A DNA stretch of 64,000 nucleotides, from positions 158,846,001 to 158,910,000 of the forward strand of contig NC_058368.1 in assembly GCF_018350175.1 (NCBI RefSeq), read 5' to 3'. This DNA is from Felis catus (Eukaryota). Both the position numbers and the translations under genes were made by a program. The notes under the pieces are model-generated. The model was not told the DNA's origin and did no database searches. It saw nothing but the letters and a program-made list of their open reading frames with translations. Below are positions 1-11,304 of the stretch, in pieces. Every line of letters starts with the position of its first letter. The stretch's first letter is position 1.

Positions 1-17
1 GCAGGTGTATTTAAAAA

Positions 18-317
18 AATTTTTTTAATTGAAGTATAGTTGACAGATAGTATTACATTAGTCTCAGGTGTATAACATAGGGATTCAACAAGTCTATACC
101 TTAAGCTATGCTCACCACAGTGTGGCTACCATCAATTACCATGCAATGCTATTATAATACCATTGGCTGTATTCCCTCTGGTATGCCTCATGACTTAACT
201 TATTCCATAACTGGAAGCCCGAACCTCCCACTCCCTTTCATCCATTTTGCCTGTGTCCCCACCCCCACCTCTCTGGCAGCCATGAGTTTTTTCTCTGTTT
301 TCATGGGTCTGTTTCAG
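18..317 (-). mobile_element. LINE-1 3' end fragment (L1_Carn/L1MA-type)
   Basis: T-rich tail followed by TTGAAGTATAGTTGACA...ACATTAGTCTCAGGTGTATAACATAG, the typical antisense L1 3' UTR terminus. Confidence 0.75.
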
Positions 318-984
318 TGAAATTGTATTTTTGCCCATTTTGGAAGAATGAACTGTGTCTAATCATGCTTTAAAATTAGTATGGGAAAAAAATTGTCAAA
401 TCAATAGCTGTGTACCAGGTCCCAGGATTTGTTTTGGTTTGCCGCAGTAAGAAATCCCACTAGTATCTTACAGCTGCAACTGGAGTCACCACCTGATCAG
501 GTTTTATTCTCCAAGATCTGTTCACCATCTGCACAGACAAAATAGCAAGTTAAGTGTGGATGTAATAAAAATAACCACTCTCCATTTTTCAAGTCTTTTA
601 TGGTGGCACTAATATAATCAGCTTACTCAGGTACGGGGTGTTGTGTTTAGTTCTCACACCTGATGGAGAGAGAAAGTTCCAGGAACTTCCATTTCACTTT
701 TTCTACCATAAATAACTCTCTTTCCAATATGTATGATTATGGTGATTTTAGCCAGTTGATGAGTATGTATATTTCAATGATATATTCAGGAACAGAAAAA
801 AGCTATATTATGCTAGGAATATCTGGCATCTTGACTTAATTAGGCCATGATTAATTTTTAATTATTTTCATCAGCTAACCAAGAAAATTGTTAAAGCCAT
901 TTCTCAGCTATTTGAGCTAACACATTAAAATCCAGAATCTCTGGTAAGTGGATCCATATCAATAAATTGAACCCATTCCAATAT

Positions 985-1690
985 TTTAAAAATAACTTTA
1001 TTGAGTTATAATTTACAAAAAAAATTCACTTGTTTTAACCTACAGATAAATGACCTTTGACAAAAAAATCTATGGTTGTGCAACTGGCCTAGTCAGGAGA
1101 TTTCCCTTGTTCCCTTTGTTGTTAATCTCCCCAACTCCCTGCCCTAGGCAGCTACTACAATTACTATTACTACAGGTGAGATTTTCTGTTCTAGGATTTG
1201 ATTTAAATGGGATTATATAGTATGGTGGTGGTTTTGGTTTTGGCTTTATTGTTTTTGGTTTGTTTTTGTTTTTGTTTTTTGTTTTTTTGTTTTTTGTTTT
1301 TTTTTTTGTTTTTTTGGTTAGGCTTCTTTTATAGCATAATTTTATGTTTTTAATTTGTTCTTTCTTATGGTTGAGTAGTATTCCACTGCATGATACCACT
1401 CAACCATAAGAAGGAACAAATTAAAAATATAAAATTATCCTAAGTGAGAGAAGCCTAACCAAACCAAACCAAAACAAAACAAAAAAACAAAAACAAAAAC
1501 AAAAACAACAGCAAAACAACCAGAGCTAGTGTAGCCGTTCACTATTTGGTGGACATTTAGGTTATTTCCAGCTTTTGGATTTTCTAAATAATGTTGTAAA
1601 CATTCATTTATAAGTATTCCAAGACATATGCTTTTATTTCTTTTGACTAAATACCTAGATGTGGAACTGCTAGGTTATGTTCATGCTATG
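985..1690 (-). mobile_element. Old LINE-1 3' region (L1MB-like) containing an inverted duplication
   Basis: CTTTATTGAGTTATAATTTAC start, AAATGGGATTATATAGTATG, GAGTAGTATTCCACTGCATG and GGTGGACATTTAGGTTATTTCCAG match antisense L1 3' motifs. Confidence 0.75.
1230..1521. repeat. Long inverted repeat (fold-back palindrome)
   Basis: 1316-1381 is the near reverse complement of 1393-1460 around an 11-nt loop; flanked by complementary (GTTTT)n-like and (AAAAC)n-like tracts. Confidence 0.95.
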
Positions 1691-2784
1691 TTCATTGCAC
1701 GTTTAAAAATACAAGACACTAAATTTAATCCAGTGTTCTATTCTATTCACCTTAGTCTAAAACATTTAGAATGCATATTCAAACATATTCTTTGGGTTTT
1801 CACCCAAATATACTAGCAAAATCTTGCAAGTCGTTTGGAATATATGCAACCTTCTCCTGGATCAGACTTTTTCTGAAGTTTGCTGGAACCCACTCTAATT
1901 GTAAGTATAAATAGTAAGAGATTATAATAATTAATAAGAGAATGGATATCTTCTTAGAAGGCAGCTTCCCAATGTGAGGGAATTTATTGTGGAGTATTTA
2001 ACAACCAAAAACCGGTCTCCTCAGATTCAGGAGGTGCTGGTAAGAGAGACTTAGGGAGACTAAGCTCATTCCATGCCCATAGCTGGGCCACTATGACACC
2101 CTTCAGTAGGTAATCAACCTTGTAGACTCTCTCATGACAAATTCTACTACATAACTTGAATTGTTTCTTTTATGATTTTCATTTTATTTTTAAAGTTTAT
2201 TTACATAATTCAACATTAGACAATAAAACAAAGTCAGTGAATTCCTTTTAATGCTTGTGTCAAGTGGTATCCCAGGGGATAAAGCAGTGAATAGATCTAG
2301 TCCCTGACCCTCCCTAAAGAATTTATAATCTAGTGAGGAAGTTGGTCATAAAACACATGAACATCCAAATAAATGCACAGATATGAATCATGGTAAGTCC
2401 CATAAAGGAAAATTAAAACATATCAGGAGAGATTATTACTGGGGAAATTTACATTGAAGAGTAAATTGGGGCAGAGCCAGTTCTTTTGAAGAAGTGGTGA
2501 TTAATCCTGAGTGGTAAATTAAGGTTAGATGAAGAGTGGAGAGGAACATCCAGGCAAGATAAAGGGCAAGTGAGAAGGTGCTGAGGCAGAAGAGACCTTG
2601 TCTTTTCAAAGGAACTGAGAGAAGTCCTGTTTTGCTAGAATAAAGGAAAAAAGTAAAGGGAATATACCTGAAGAGGTAGGCGGGGGGTCAAATCTTGCAT
2701 GCCTCATAGGCTTTGTTAAAGCATTTGGATTTTATCCCAAGTGCAGTGAAGAGTTATTAAAGGGTTTGATGCAAAGGAATTATT

Positions 2785-3018
2785 TTATTTTTATTTTTTA
2801 TTAAAAAATTTTTTAAGTTTATTTATTTATTTTGAGAGACAAGACAGTGTGAACAGGGAAGGGGCAGAGATAAATGGAAAGAGAGAGAATCCCAAGCAGT
2901 CTCCACACCATCAGTGCAGAGCCTGACAGGGGACTCAAACCCATGAAACTTTGAGATCATGACCTGAGCTGAAACTGAGAGACAGTGGCTTAACCGACTG
3001 AGCAAACCAGGTGCCCCC
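2785..3018 (-). mobile_element. CanSINE (SINEC, feliform, diverged)
   Basis: Poly-T tail, GA tract, tRNA-derived head ending CAGGTGCCCC; degenerate TSD A(A/G)AGGAAT(T/A)ATTTT. Confidence 0.95.
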
Positions 3019-3050
3019 AGAGGAATAATTTTAAATTCAATACTTTAAAA

Positions 3051-3263
3051 ATTTTTTTTTCAACGTTTATTTATTTTTGGGACAGAGAGAGACAGAGCAT
3101 GAACGGGGGAGGGGCAGAGAGAGAGGGAGACACAGAATCGGAAACAGGCTCCAGGCTCTGAGCCATCAGCCCAGAGCCGGACGTGGGGCTCGAACTCCCG
3201 GACCGCGAGATCGTGACCTGGCTGAAGTTGGACGCTTAACCGACTGCGCCACCCAGGCGCCCC
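3051..3263 (-). mobile_element. Young CanSINE (SINEC_Fc type)
   Basis: CpG-rich full-length copy; perfect 19-bp TSD TAAATTCAATACTTTAAAA at 3032-3050 and 3264-3282. Confidence 0.97.
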
Positions 3264-3904
3264 TAAATTCAATACTTTAAAATATCATCTGACTGTGGTG
3301 TAGAAAAAGGACTGAAGAGAGCCCAGGAGGGAAGTGGATAATGTGGTAAGTAGTTCAGGGTAAGTTAGAGAGTGACAGAGATGGGATGGAGATGGGTGGA
3401 TTTGAGTTACACCTTGGAGGTAGAATTCATTGGAATTGATAATCGATTGGATGGGGGGAGTGATGGAAGGGCAGTTTTGAGTATCACTCTGGGTTTCTGG
3501 TGTGAAAAGTTAGAAGGATGGGAATACCAGTTACTGCCATGGAGAGGGCTGGAAAGAAAGCAGTTCTGAAAGGAAGGTCAAAATTTAGTTTATGAGTTTT
3601 CTTCTAGAACAGATATATAGGTTGGAAATGGAAATTTGTGAGTGGATGAAAATCACCTAGGTCACAAAGAAAAGCACAGAGGGAATAGATGACCAAGGAC
3701 TGAGTATATGAACCATGAAATGCTGCTATAGATGCATCAACAATAGACCCCATCTAGTTTGCACCTATCAACTCAACTGTCAAAGATGACCTAGTCTTCT
3801 ACTTCCCCAAGGAATGATCTTATATCACATCTTCTCAGTCTTCACCCTAATCCATTTAGACTCAAAAGACTCTCGATGTTTTCCCCCCAAATCTCTCTCC
3901 ACTC

Positions 3905-4136
3905 TTTTTTTAAAATTTTTTAACTTTTTTCTTTTATTATTTATTTTTGAGAGAGAGAGAGAGACAGAGCCTGAGTGGGAGAGGGACAGAGAGAGAGGGA
4001 AACACAAAATCCAAAGCAGGCTCCAGCTCCAAGCTGTCAGTACAGAGCCTGATGTGGGGCTTGAAACCACGAAACCGTGAGATCATGACCTGAGCCAAAG
4101 TTGGACGCTTAACTGACTGAGCCACCCAGGTGCCCC
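3905..4136 (-). mobile_element. CanSINE
   Basis: Full-length structure; TSD AATCTCTCTCC on both sides. Confidence 0.95.
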
Positions 4137-5100
4137 AATCTCTCTCCCTTCTTCATTTTCATGGAATGAATCCCTCCTGTTCCTTTTACCTTTGACTACT
4201 TTCTTTTGACATTTGATCCTGAAATGTTGATTTCCTGCAGAGTTGCATTCTGTAACTTCTTATTTCTTACTTTTTGTGCATTTATGCCCAGCCTTCATAA
4301 GCATGTAAACATGATACAGGTTATTAAAATAAAATTTCTCCTGTCTCATTTTTTACTGAGGTTACAGATTTCAAGAGAAAAACAAGCTGCCAAATATTTA
4401 AATAATTCAAATGAAGTGCTAGACTGCCTATTCTGGATATATTAAAAAATATGAATTTTTTTTCCTGTTTTTAGTGATCACATTTTTTCCAGCCTCCAAG
4501 AGAGTAAAATTTGAGGCATTCAAAGAGAATTTTCTGAAAGATGGTTGAAGAATCACCATTGTGGTGCTAAGAAGTGGTATTTTCTCTTCTTTATACCTCA
4601 AACCGAATGAGGTGTCTTGCCATGTGCCCAATAGACTGGAATCTTACAATACAATATATTTAAAAACAGTAGATAGAATATTTTTTACAGTAATATAACA
4701 TTAAAAGTAGGAAAGTATTGTAAATGCAGGAAGTTGCTATGTCAGAGAGTGAGTGAAATGGTTTTGCTGTGTCATAAACACCCTTTTTGTTTACAGGTTA
4801 GAGGCTAAAATAGCTTGCCCCCCCACCCACTTTTTTTTAGAGCAAGGCCTTTTCTCTGGTGATATGTGAAATGGTTGGTACAATTCAATAGATTGGTATC
4901 TAAAATTGACAGACACACATGCCATTTTCAGTAACTCATAGGTTACAGATGTGCTCTTGACTCTTATTTAGTATGTGAAATAACATTAAAGTTAAGGGAT
5001 GGTTTTTGTATTTTCCTATTTGTCACTCCCTTTGAATGAAGATCTGTAGCTTCATTTCACCACTGTAAATGGCGCTATTAACATTTCCTCTCTGGAAATA

Positions 5101-5287
5101 GTTTTTTGTTTTTTTTTAATGTGTGTGTGTGTGTGTGTGTGTGTTTGTTTGTTTATTAATTCATTTAAGATAACTATGCTGTCAGCACAGAGGCTGATGT
5201 GGGGCTTGATCTCACAAACCGCAAGATCATGACCTGAGCTGAAATCAGGAGCTGGACACTTAACTGACTGAGCCACCCAGGTGCCCC
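5101..5287 (-). mobile_element. CanSINE with CT tract missing and (TG)n in tail
   Basis: Head intact; TSD TCTCTGGAAATA at 5089-5100 and 5288-5299. Confidence 0.93.
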
Positions 5288-5652
5288 TCTCTGGAAATAC
5301 TTTCTACAACAATTAAGAATTTTAGAAAAGTATAGTTGTTTAAACACAGAGACATCTGTGGTAAGCCCCAAAGTCTCCTTTCCTCTAAGAATCTATGAAC
5401 ATTTTTTTGAGGTGCCACATTTTCAAAATAGTGACATATAGTTTCTTTTCTTTTTTTGTGACTTGGAAATCATTTCAGTGTTTTATATCACACAGTATTT
5501 TAGATTGATTGATATGGGATCACATTAACCTACAGTCTCATAGTGATTATAGTGAAGGTAACATTTGTTGTTTAGGGATCAAACTTAATGTTCAGGAAAG
5601 CATTAGAAGCCAAGGTTTGTCTTGAACACTACTCAATTAGAAAAATTAAATG

Positions 5653-6073
5653 TGCAATGAAATCGATGGAACTAGAGTGTATTATGGCAAGTGAAATAAG
5701 TCAGTCAGAGAAAAACAAAGGTCATGTGATTTCACTCATATGTAGAATTTAAGCAAAAAAAAGATTAACATAAAGGAAGACAAGGAAAAATATATAGAAA
5801 CAGAGAGGGAGACAAACCTTAGGAGACTCTTAAATACAGAGAACAAACTGGAGGTTGCTGGATGGGTTGTTGAATGGGGGGGATGAGCTAAATGGGTGAT
5901 GGGAATTAAGGAGGGCACTTGTCACGGTTAGCACTAGGTGTTATATGTAAGTGATGAATTACTAGATTCGACTGAAACCATTAATACACTATATGTTAAC
6001 TAACTTGGATTTAAAATTAAAAAAAAGCAAAAGGAACACCATATAACACTTCCTATAAGACTAAAAACAAAAA
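5653..6073 (+). mobile_element. 5'-truncated carnivore LINE-1 3' end
   Basis: GATGGAACTAGAGTGTATTATG..AGTGAAATAAGTCAGTCAGAGAAA, GAGAACAAACTG, CACTATATGTTAACTAACTTGGATTTAAA, then an A tail; TSD AGAAAAATTAA(A/C)TG at 5639-5652 and 6074-6087. Confidence 0.93.
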
Positions 6074-7910
6074 AGAAAAATTAACTGCCAACTTTTAATA
6101 ATCAGGTGATTTCACAGACCATTAAATTTTTTCTCTTTCTCAATGTGGCAGATCCTACAACACTGAGTCTGCTTTATCATATATAGGCAAGTTGGTAGAA
6201 GCTGCTTGTTTTGTTCAAAGTCTGCTCTCTTTGGGTTGCTATAGTCCTCACATGGTGCAGCCTCTTCTTTAGCATCTGCCTAGAACCTGTAGGCATTTGA
6301 TATTTTGGTGCCTATAATGCCTAACCCTGAATATGACATATATGTGTCTTAAACAAAAGACCTAGTGGTAGTAGGAATTTTTTAGAGCCATTTTTCCCCT
6401 TAGCAATTTGCATATCTGTTTGCTTCTAATGGAAAGTTCATTTAGACTTTAATTGAAAGTTTAGTGTAATTCATTTATGGATTCAAAGTGTTTAGTTCTG
6501 AAAAATAATATATGAAATTCCAGAGATGGTTAATTTTTCTCAAAGTATTTTAATTATAATGAGTGAGAAAGGCATGCATTTTTAATTAGTGCAAAACGAA
6601 TGCAAAGAAAAATGGCAAGAACCATGGAGGGCATATATTCAAGATACATGCTATTTGCAATGATACCTGTTTGGGGTTGATCTTACAATTCTAAGTCTTT
6701 TGAAGAATATTATTTGGATAAACCTGATTCTTATTCAAAATATTTGTATATATAATTTAAATGTTATGAATATATATTGGATTTGTAATGCCATAGCTGG
6801 ATTGAATTGTGTTAGCATGTGTTATATGCATAGTAATTGTTTCAAATATTTAAATCTAAAATTGGATAGATTGATTTTTATAATCTTACTGAAAATGCAG
6901 ATGGTTTTCTACTCATACTCAAGCCTCAGTGAATTTTTCCCTGATTTAAAAAAAATACCATTTTGTTCCTTTAATATTTATGATGCTTAAACTACTCCTT
7001 TCCTTTCTGGAAGCAATGATGATTTGTTTAAGCATGATATCTATGCCAGTTTTTAAACAAGTACACTATATCATAAAATTATTTTTAAGCATATGCATTT
7101 TCTGGGAGAGGAAATCATATCTCTCTAAATCATACAAATTGATTCATTGAATAGTGTCAGACAGAAAGCATTAAATCATGTTTGGTTTCTTTCTCTCAGA
7201 GTATAATGTGAGGACGTTTCCTTTAGATAGAGTGAGTGAAGAGGAGACAGAGCTGTGCCCTGCAGTCCAAAGGAGAAAATTCCACTGAATAGCCTGTTGT
7301 TTGGTCATATCTTCTTTTATAGTAAACTCTCACCTCATCTCTTACCCATAACTTTTTAGCGTAAAGGCTGAAAACAACTAAATTTATTTAGTAATGTTAT
7401 AGTGAATTTCAGCCACTGTGTATATAATAGAATACTCAATACCTAATAACCTTTGGAAGAGACTGCAGAGTAACTGGATGTTGCCTCACCAAAAATGAGA
7501 GAAATTTAATTTTTGTCTTTGGCATTCTCTTCTTCCTTATCTCTTTCTTTATTCCAGATCCATTTTCTGTTCTTGGAAATTTTTCTCCTTGCTTTTATGT
7601 GTAAACATTTTAGGTTCTGGAGCTAGGCTCTGCACTGACTACTCACTGACTATAAGATAAAGTCAGCACTATGATTGCTATAGAAAGTCACTGGGAGGTG
7701 TGGATTCAGAAAACTCCCTGAATTCGGTGATTACTTACACAGAACCAGAGTGTCAGTGTTGTAAGGAAAATTATGATAACCTAATACAAAGACTAGAGAA
7801 TTTCAAAGGATTTGGTCTATCCCCACTCCCTTTCATCCCTCATTTGTACTCCAAAGCTTTTATTTCTCACTGAATTAATTTTATTTAAATTAAATTATGT
7901 GCTTCTATAT

Positions 7911-8518
7911 TGATGAGGTTTTTGGGAGTGACAGTGGTGTTTGTGGGAGCCGATGGCCACGAAAGAATTCTTGAAGATGTCTTTGGTGAAAAAGGTGATT
8001 TTATTGAAGCACTAGGACAGGACCCATGGGCTGGAAGAGCTGCCATGGGACCCTGAGGAGAGACTGGTTTTATATTATAGAGTTGGGGGAGGTAAAGTCC
8101 AGGGAAAGTTTCCAGTGAGCTTTTTATATGCTGAAGACTTACAGGATATTGGAGGCCTAGCTATTGTCAAGCTAAGGTTGTTTTTCCCTCTAGCAAAGCA
8201 TTAACATTAAGACAGTAAGGAGTTCCTGGAGAAACATTTTACTCTGCCAGCCTCAAGTATTTGTCAGTGGGCTGTAGGTTATAAGGAAATTTAGTTCTAT
8301 CTGCCATTTCCTTCTGCCTTTGTTTCCCATATCACTATGGAGGGGAGATGGAGACTTATGTCCTGCAGAACTATGATCTCTATCAGTTAACCATTTGTTT
8401 TCCCCCTTTCCTTTGTTCTTGGGCAGCCAGGAGTGCCTCAGGAATATCATACATACCCCATTTGGGGGTGGAGGGGGGTTGTTTGTGGCCTGTCAGCTCG
8501 CCTTATGTTCCCTCATCA
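7911..8518 (-). mobile_element. Solo endogenous retroviral LTR (ERV1-like, carnivore)
   Basis: Terminal inverted repeats TGATGAGG...CCTCATCA; flanks TATAT/CATAT; minus-strand TATAAA (8069-8074) upstream of AATAAA (8000-8005). Confidence 0.85.
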
Positions 8519-8566
8519 CATATTATGGACTCTAAACTTTCTTAGAACAGGAACCATGTTTGAATA

Positions 8567-8775
8567 GGCAACATAGTATAGTAGTCGAGAGCCTGTCCAG
8601 AGACAGACTGCTTGAGTTTGAATCCTAGTCTATACTACCTCACTTGGTGACCTTAGACAAATTACTTAATCACTCGGTCTCTCAATCTCAAAGTGTGGTT
8701 GTGAAAACCATATGGATTAGTATGTGTAGGATTCTTATAGGAGTTCCTAGCTAATAGTAAATGTGTGAATATTTA
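8567..8775 (+). mobile_element. MIR SINE lying within an L2 3' tail (about 8525-8865)
   Basis: CAGACTGCTTGAGTTTGAATCCTAG, TGACCTTAGACAAATTACTTAAT core. Confidence 0.8.
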
Positions 8776-8866
8776 CAATAGTATCATTAGTCTTTGTCAC
8801 CTCTGAGTCCAGCATGGTCCCTAGCATTGAGTAGGTGCTATAAAAAGATTATTGAAATAAATGGAA

Positions 8867-8918
8867 GAATTGAACCCAGATCTCCTGTGTGAGAAGCAAG
8901 AATTGTACCACCAAGTCA
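8867..8918 (-). pseudogene. Decayed tRNA-Gly(CCC)-like pseudogene fragment
   Basis: GAATTGAACCCAGATCTCCTGTGTGAGAAGCAAGAATTGTACCACCAAGTCA aligns without gaps to the reverse complement of the recalled mammalian tRNA-Gly-CCC; most differences are transitions, and the acceptor stem is lost. Confidence 0.7.
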
Positions 8919-8985
8919 AGAGACTCCAAAAGTGAGAGCCTTCCATTTCTCTTGTTTCCATTTCTGGCTCTGATAGGGAAAAATC

Positions 8986-9242
8986 TGTTATAAAATGGCT
9001 GACAGGACTGATAAGGGAATTCCAGTCCCTTCCCCAAGACTCCCCTTCCAGGTTTTCCTTCCTACCCCGCTTGCTGCACTCAAACAGATTATAAATGGTC
9101 CCTGCTGGTGATGCTCTGGGCTCAGACCTCTGGAGAATGATCTCCTCTGAGCCCACTGGTGTAAAATAAACCTCCTGCCTTCCGAAATCTCTGAGTGCCG
9201 TTTGGTTCTTCTGCCGGGTGATCCAGGCCAGTTTCTATAACA
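8986..9242 (+). mobile_element. Short solo LTR (ERV1-like, 257 bp)
   Basis: TGTTATA...TATAACA terminal inverted repeats; TATAAA 9090-9095, stem-loop 9117-9155, AATAAA 9165-9170; no clear TSD. Confidence 0.8.
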
Positions 9243-9599
9243 GCTCCTCAGTCTTGTTTTTGTCTTATAGTCACTTTTCAAAGCCAGGCCTTGGCACCTC
9301 ACAAAATTTCATTGTATAACCTCTTCCCTGGAAATGTTATCCTTCCCATGACATTCCCTGAAGCAGATGATACTGAAATTGGAACCAATTGTTTTGGACT
9401 GAAATATTTGCCTTCATATCAGTTTCAAAAGCTAAAATAGAGGTGATGAAAGGTACTAGCTAATTTCTAATTGTAAAACTTCTTTGAATTTTTATATCTT
9501 CTGATATGCAGACCCATATTCTCTACAGCCTATTGAGAATTTTATATACCACAACTAATTGGAATCCATCGTTTCACCACTCAGATGAACGTCTTTGCT

Positions 9600-9830
9600 G
9601 TTTCCTCTTTCCTTCTATTATTGCTTTACTTCAGCCCATATTATCCTCATATGGACACTTGTAATGGCCTCCTAACTGATTTACCTGCCACATTTCTGTC
9701 CCTAGGTCTTCGTCTTCCACAGCAGGCATTGTCAGATGTTCACTGCCAGAATTACTCTCGAAACAGAAATGATCATGTCAAAATTTTAATCAGTTCCCAA
9801 TGCTCAAAAGTATAAACTTTAAATCCTATT
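9600..9830 (+). mobile_element. LINE-2 fragment
   Basis: TGGACACTTGTAATGGCCTCCTAACTGAT and TGATCATGTCA L2 motifs. Confidence 0.65.
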
Positions 9831-9946
9831 CTTTCCTTATATATTGTACTATATACCATTTATTTATTCATTTAATCAGAAAATGTATATTAATATCTAG
9901 AATATATCATAAATTGCACTAAGGATAAAAAATAAGTGAATGGGAT

Positions 9947-10150
9947 GGGGTGTCTGGATGGCTCAGTCAGTTAAGCGTCGGACTCTTGACTTTGGCTCAG
10001 GTCATGGTCTCACATATGTGAGATCAAGCCCTGCACCAGGCTCTGTGCTAACAGCACTGAGCCTGCTTGGGATTCTCTCTCTCCCTCTGCCCCTTCTCTG
10101 CTTGCACTCTATCTCTTTCTCAAAATAAATAAATAAACATTAAAAAAATA
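9947..10150 (+). mobile_element. CanSINE inserted in an antisense L2 relic (about 9858-10640)
   Basis: GGGGTGTCTGGATGGCTCAGTCAGTTAAG head, CT tract, AAATAAATAAAC tail. Confidence 0.95.
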
Positions 10151-10200
10151 ATGAATGAAAGGAAGACACGGTTCTATTCTTTAAAGAGCACACAATCCAC

Positions 10201-10426
10201 GGGGTGCCTGGGGCGCAGTCGGTTAAGCGTCCGACTTCAGCCAGGTCACAATCTCGCGGTCCGTGAGTTCAAGCCCCGCGTCAGGCTCTGGGCTGATGGC
10301 TCAGAGCCTGGAGCCTGTTTCCGAGTCTGTGTCTCCCTCTCTCTCTCTGCCCCTCCCCCGTTCATGCTCTGTCTCTCTCTGTCCCAAAAATAAATAAACG
10401 TTGAAACAAAAAAATTTTTTTTAAAA
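10201..10426 (+). mobile_element. Young CanSINE (SINEC_Fc type)
   Basis: Perfect 17-bp TSD AAAGAGCACACAATCCA at 10183-10199 and 10427-10443; small deletion in head. Confidence 0.97.
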
Positions 10427-11304
10427 AAAGAGCACACAATCCAGTGAAGGACCCCAGTAATCCCCTGAGTACAGTACTGTGATGAGCCCTGTGCAAGAGT
10501 GAGCTAAGAGTGCATCAGAGGCATCTGCAGGGACACAGAGAATCAGACATAAGCCGAAGGATGTCTGGATTGCACAAGCAGTGGTTAACTTGAATGTAGG
10601 CATATTCTAGGTAAATAACTTAAAGGGTATGAAAAGGCATACCAAGAAGCATGGAATACTTAGGGGCACAGATCTGCTTGGGTACTGATTCTTGCCATTT
10701 CACGTTTGAAAAAGAGTAGACATACGGTTGGATTAAAATTTTGATTTCAAAGTGCAGGCAAAATAGAAAACTTAGTGTGAGATTCTTTGAGAGAGAGGGC
10801 CTGAAGTGATGCCTTGATGTTTGTGCCAGTGAGGAAGTGAAACTGAAGGGAATGGCTCAGTGAACTGGAATGAAGAACATGGTCAAGAGGTTGGAAATGT
10901 CCTTATCCTTTTCTGTGTATAACCTCGATTCTCTCCGTGTCCCATGCTCCAGCCATCTATTTCCCAAATGTAACACCTGACTTTTCTAAAGTTTTGGTTG
11001 AGATGTTCCCTTTCCTGGAAAATGTTCTCCTTTGGAAACTTTGTTAAAAGTCAAGCCCTATCCCAGCTGAAAAAAATTCCACCTACTCAAATAAACCTTT
11101 GGCTTTGTCATTATTTACTTTTTCTCTTCCTTCACATGATGTATGCATTTTTTTTTACTCATTTTTATCCAATTCCATCATCTTGAAGGCTTATTTACTC
11201 AAGTAGTTGTTTCTCCCATTACAAATTGGGTTCATGATGGGTAGAAATTCATTTTTGTGGCTCATTTTTCTTTGTTTTTGCCATTCCTGATTCTATTCCA
11301 CATA

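Larger units (their letters stand above)
2230..3705 (-). mobile_element. LINE-2 relic interrupted by two SINEs
   Basis: Purine-rich antisense L2 motifs: GGGGATAAAGCAGTGAA, ATTTATAATCTAGTGAGG, TTTGGATTTTATCCCAAGTGCAGTG, GGAGGTAGAATTCATTGGAATTGATAATCGATTGGATG. Confidence 0.75.

Noticed and set aside
9360..9386. U6 snRNA 5'-like motif (AGCAGATGATACTGAAATTGGAAC)
   Set aside because: Only about 25 nt with mismatches and no continuation; compatible with chance
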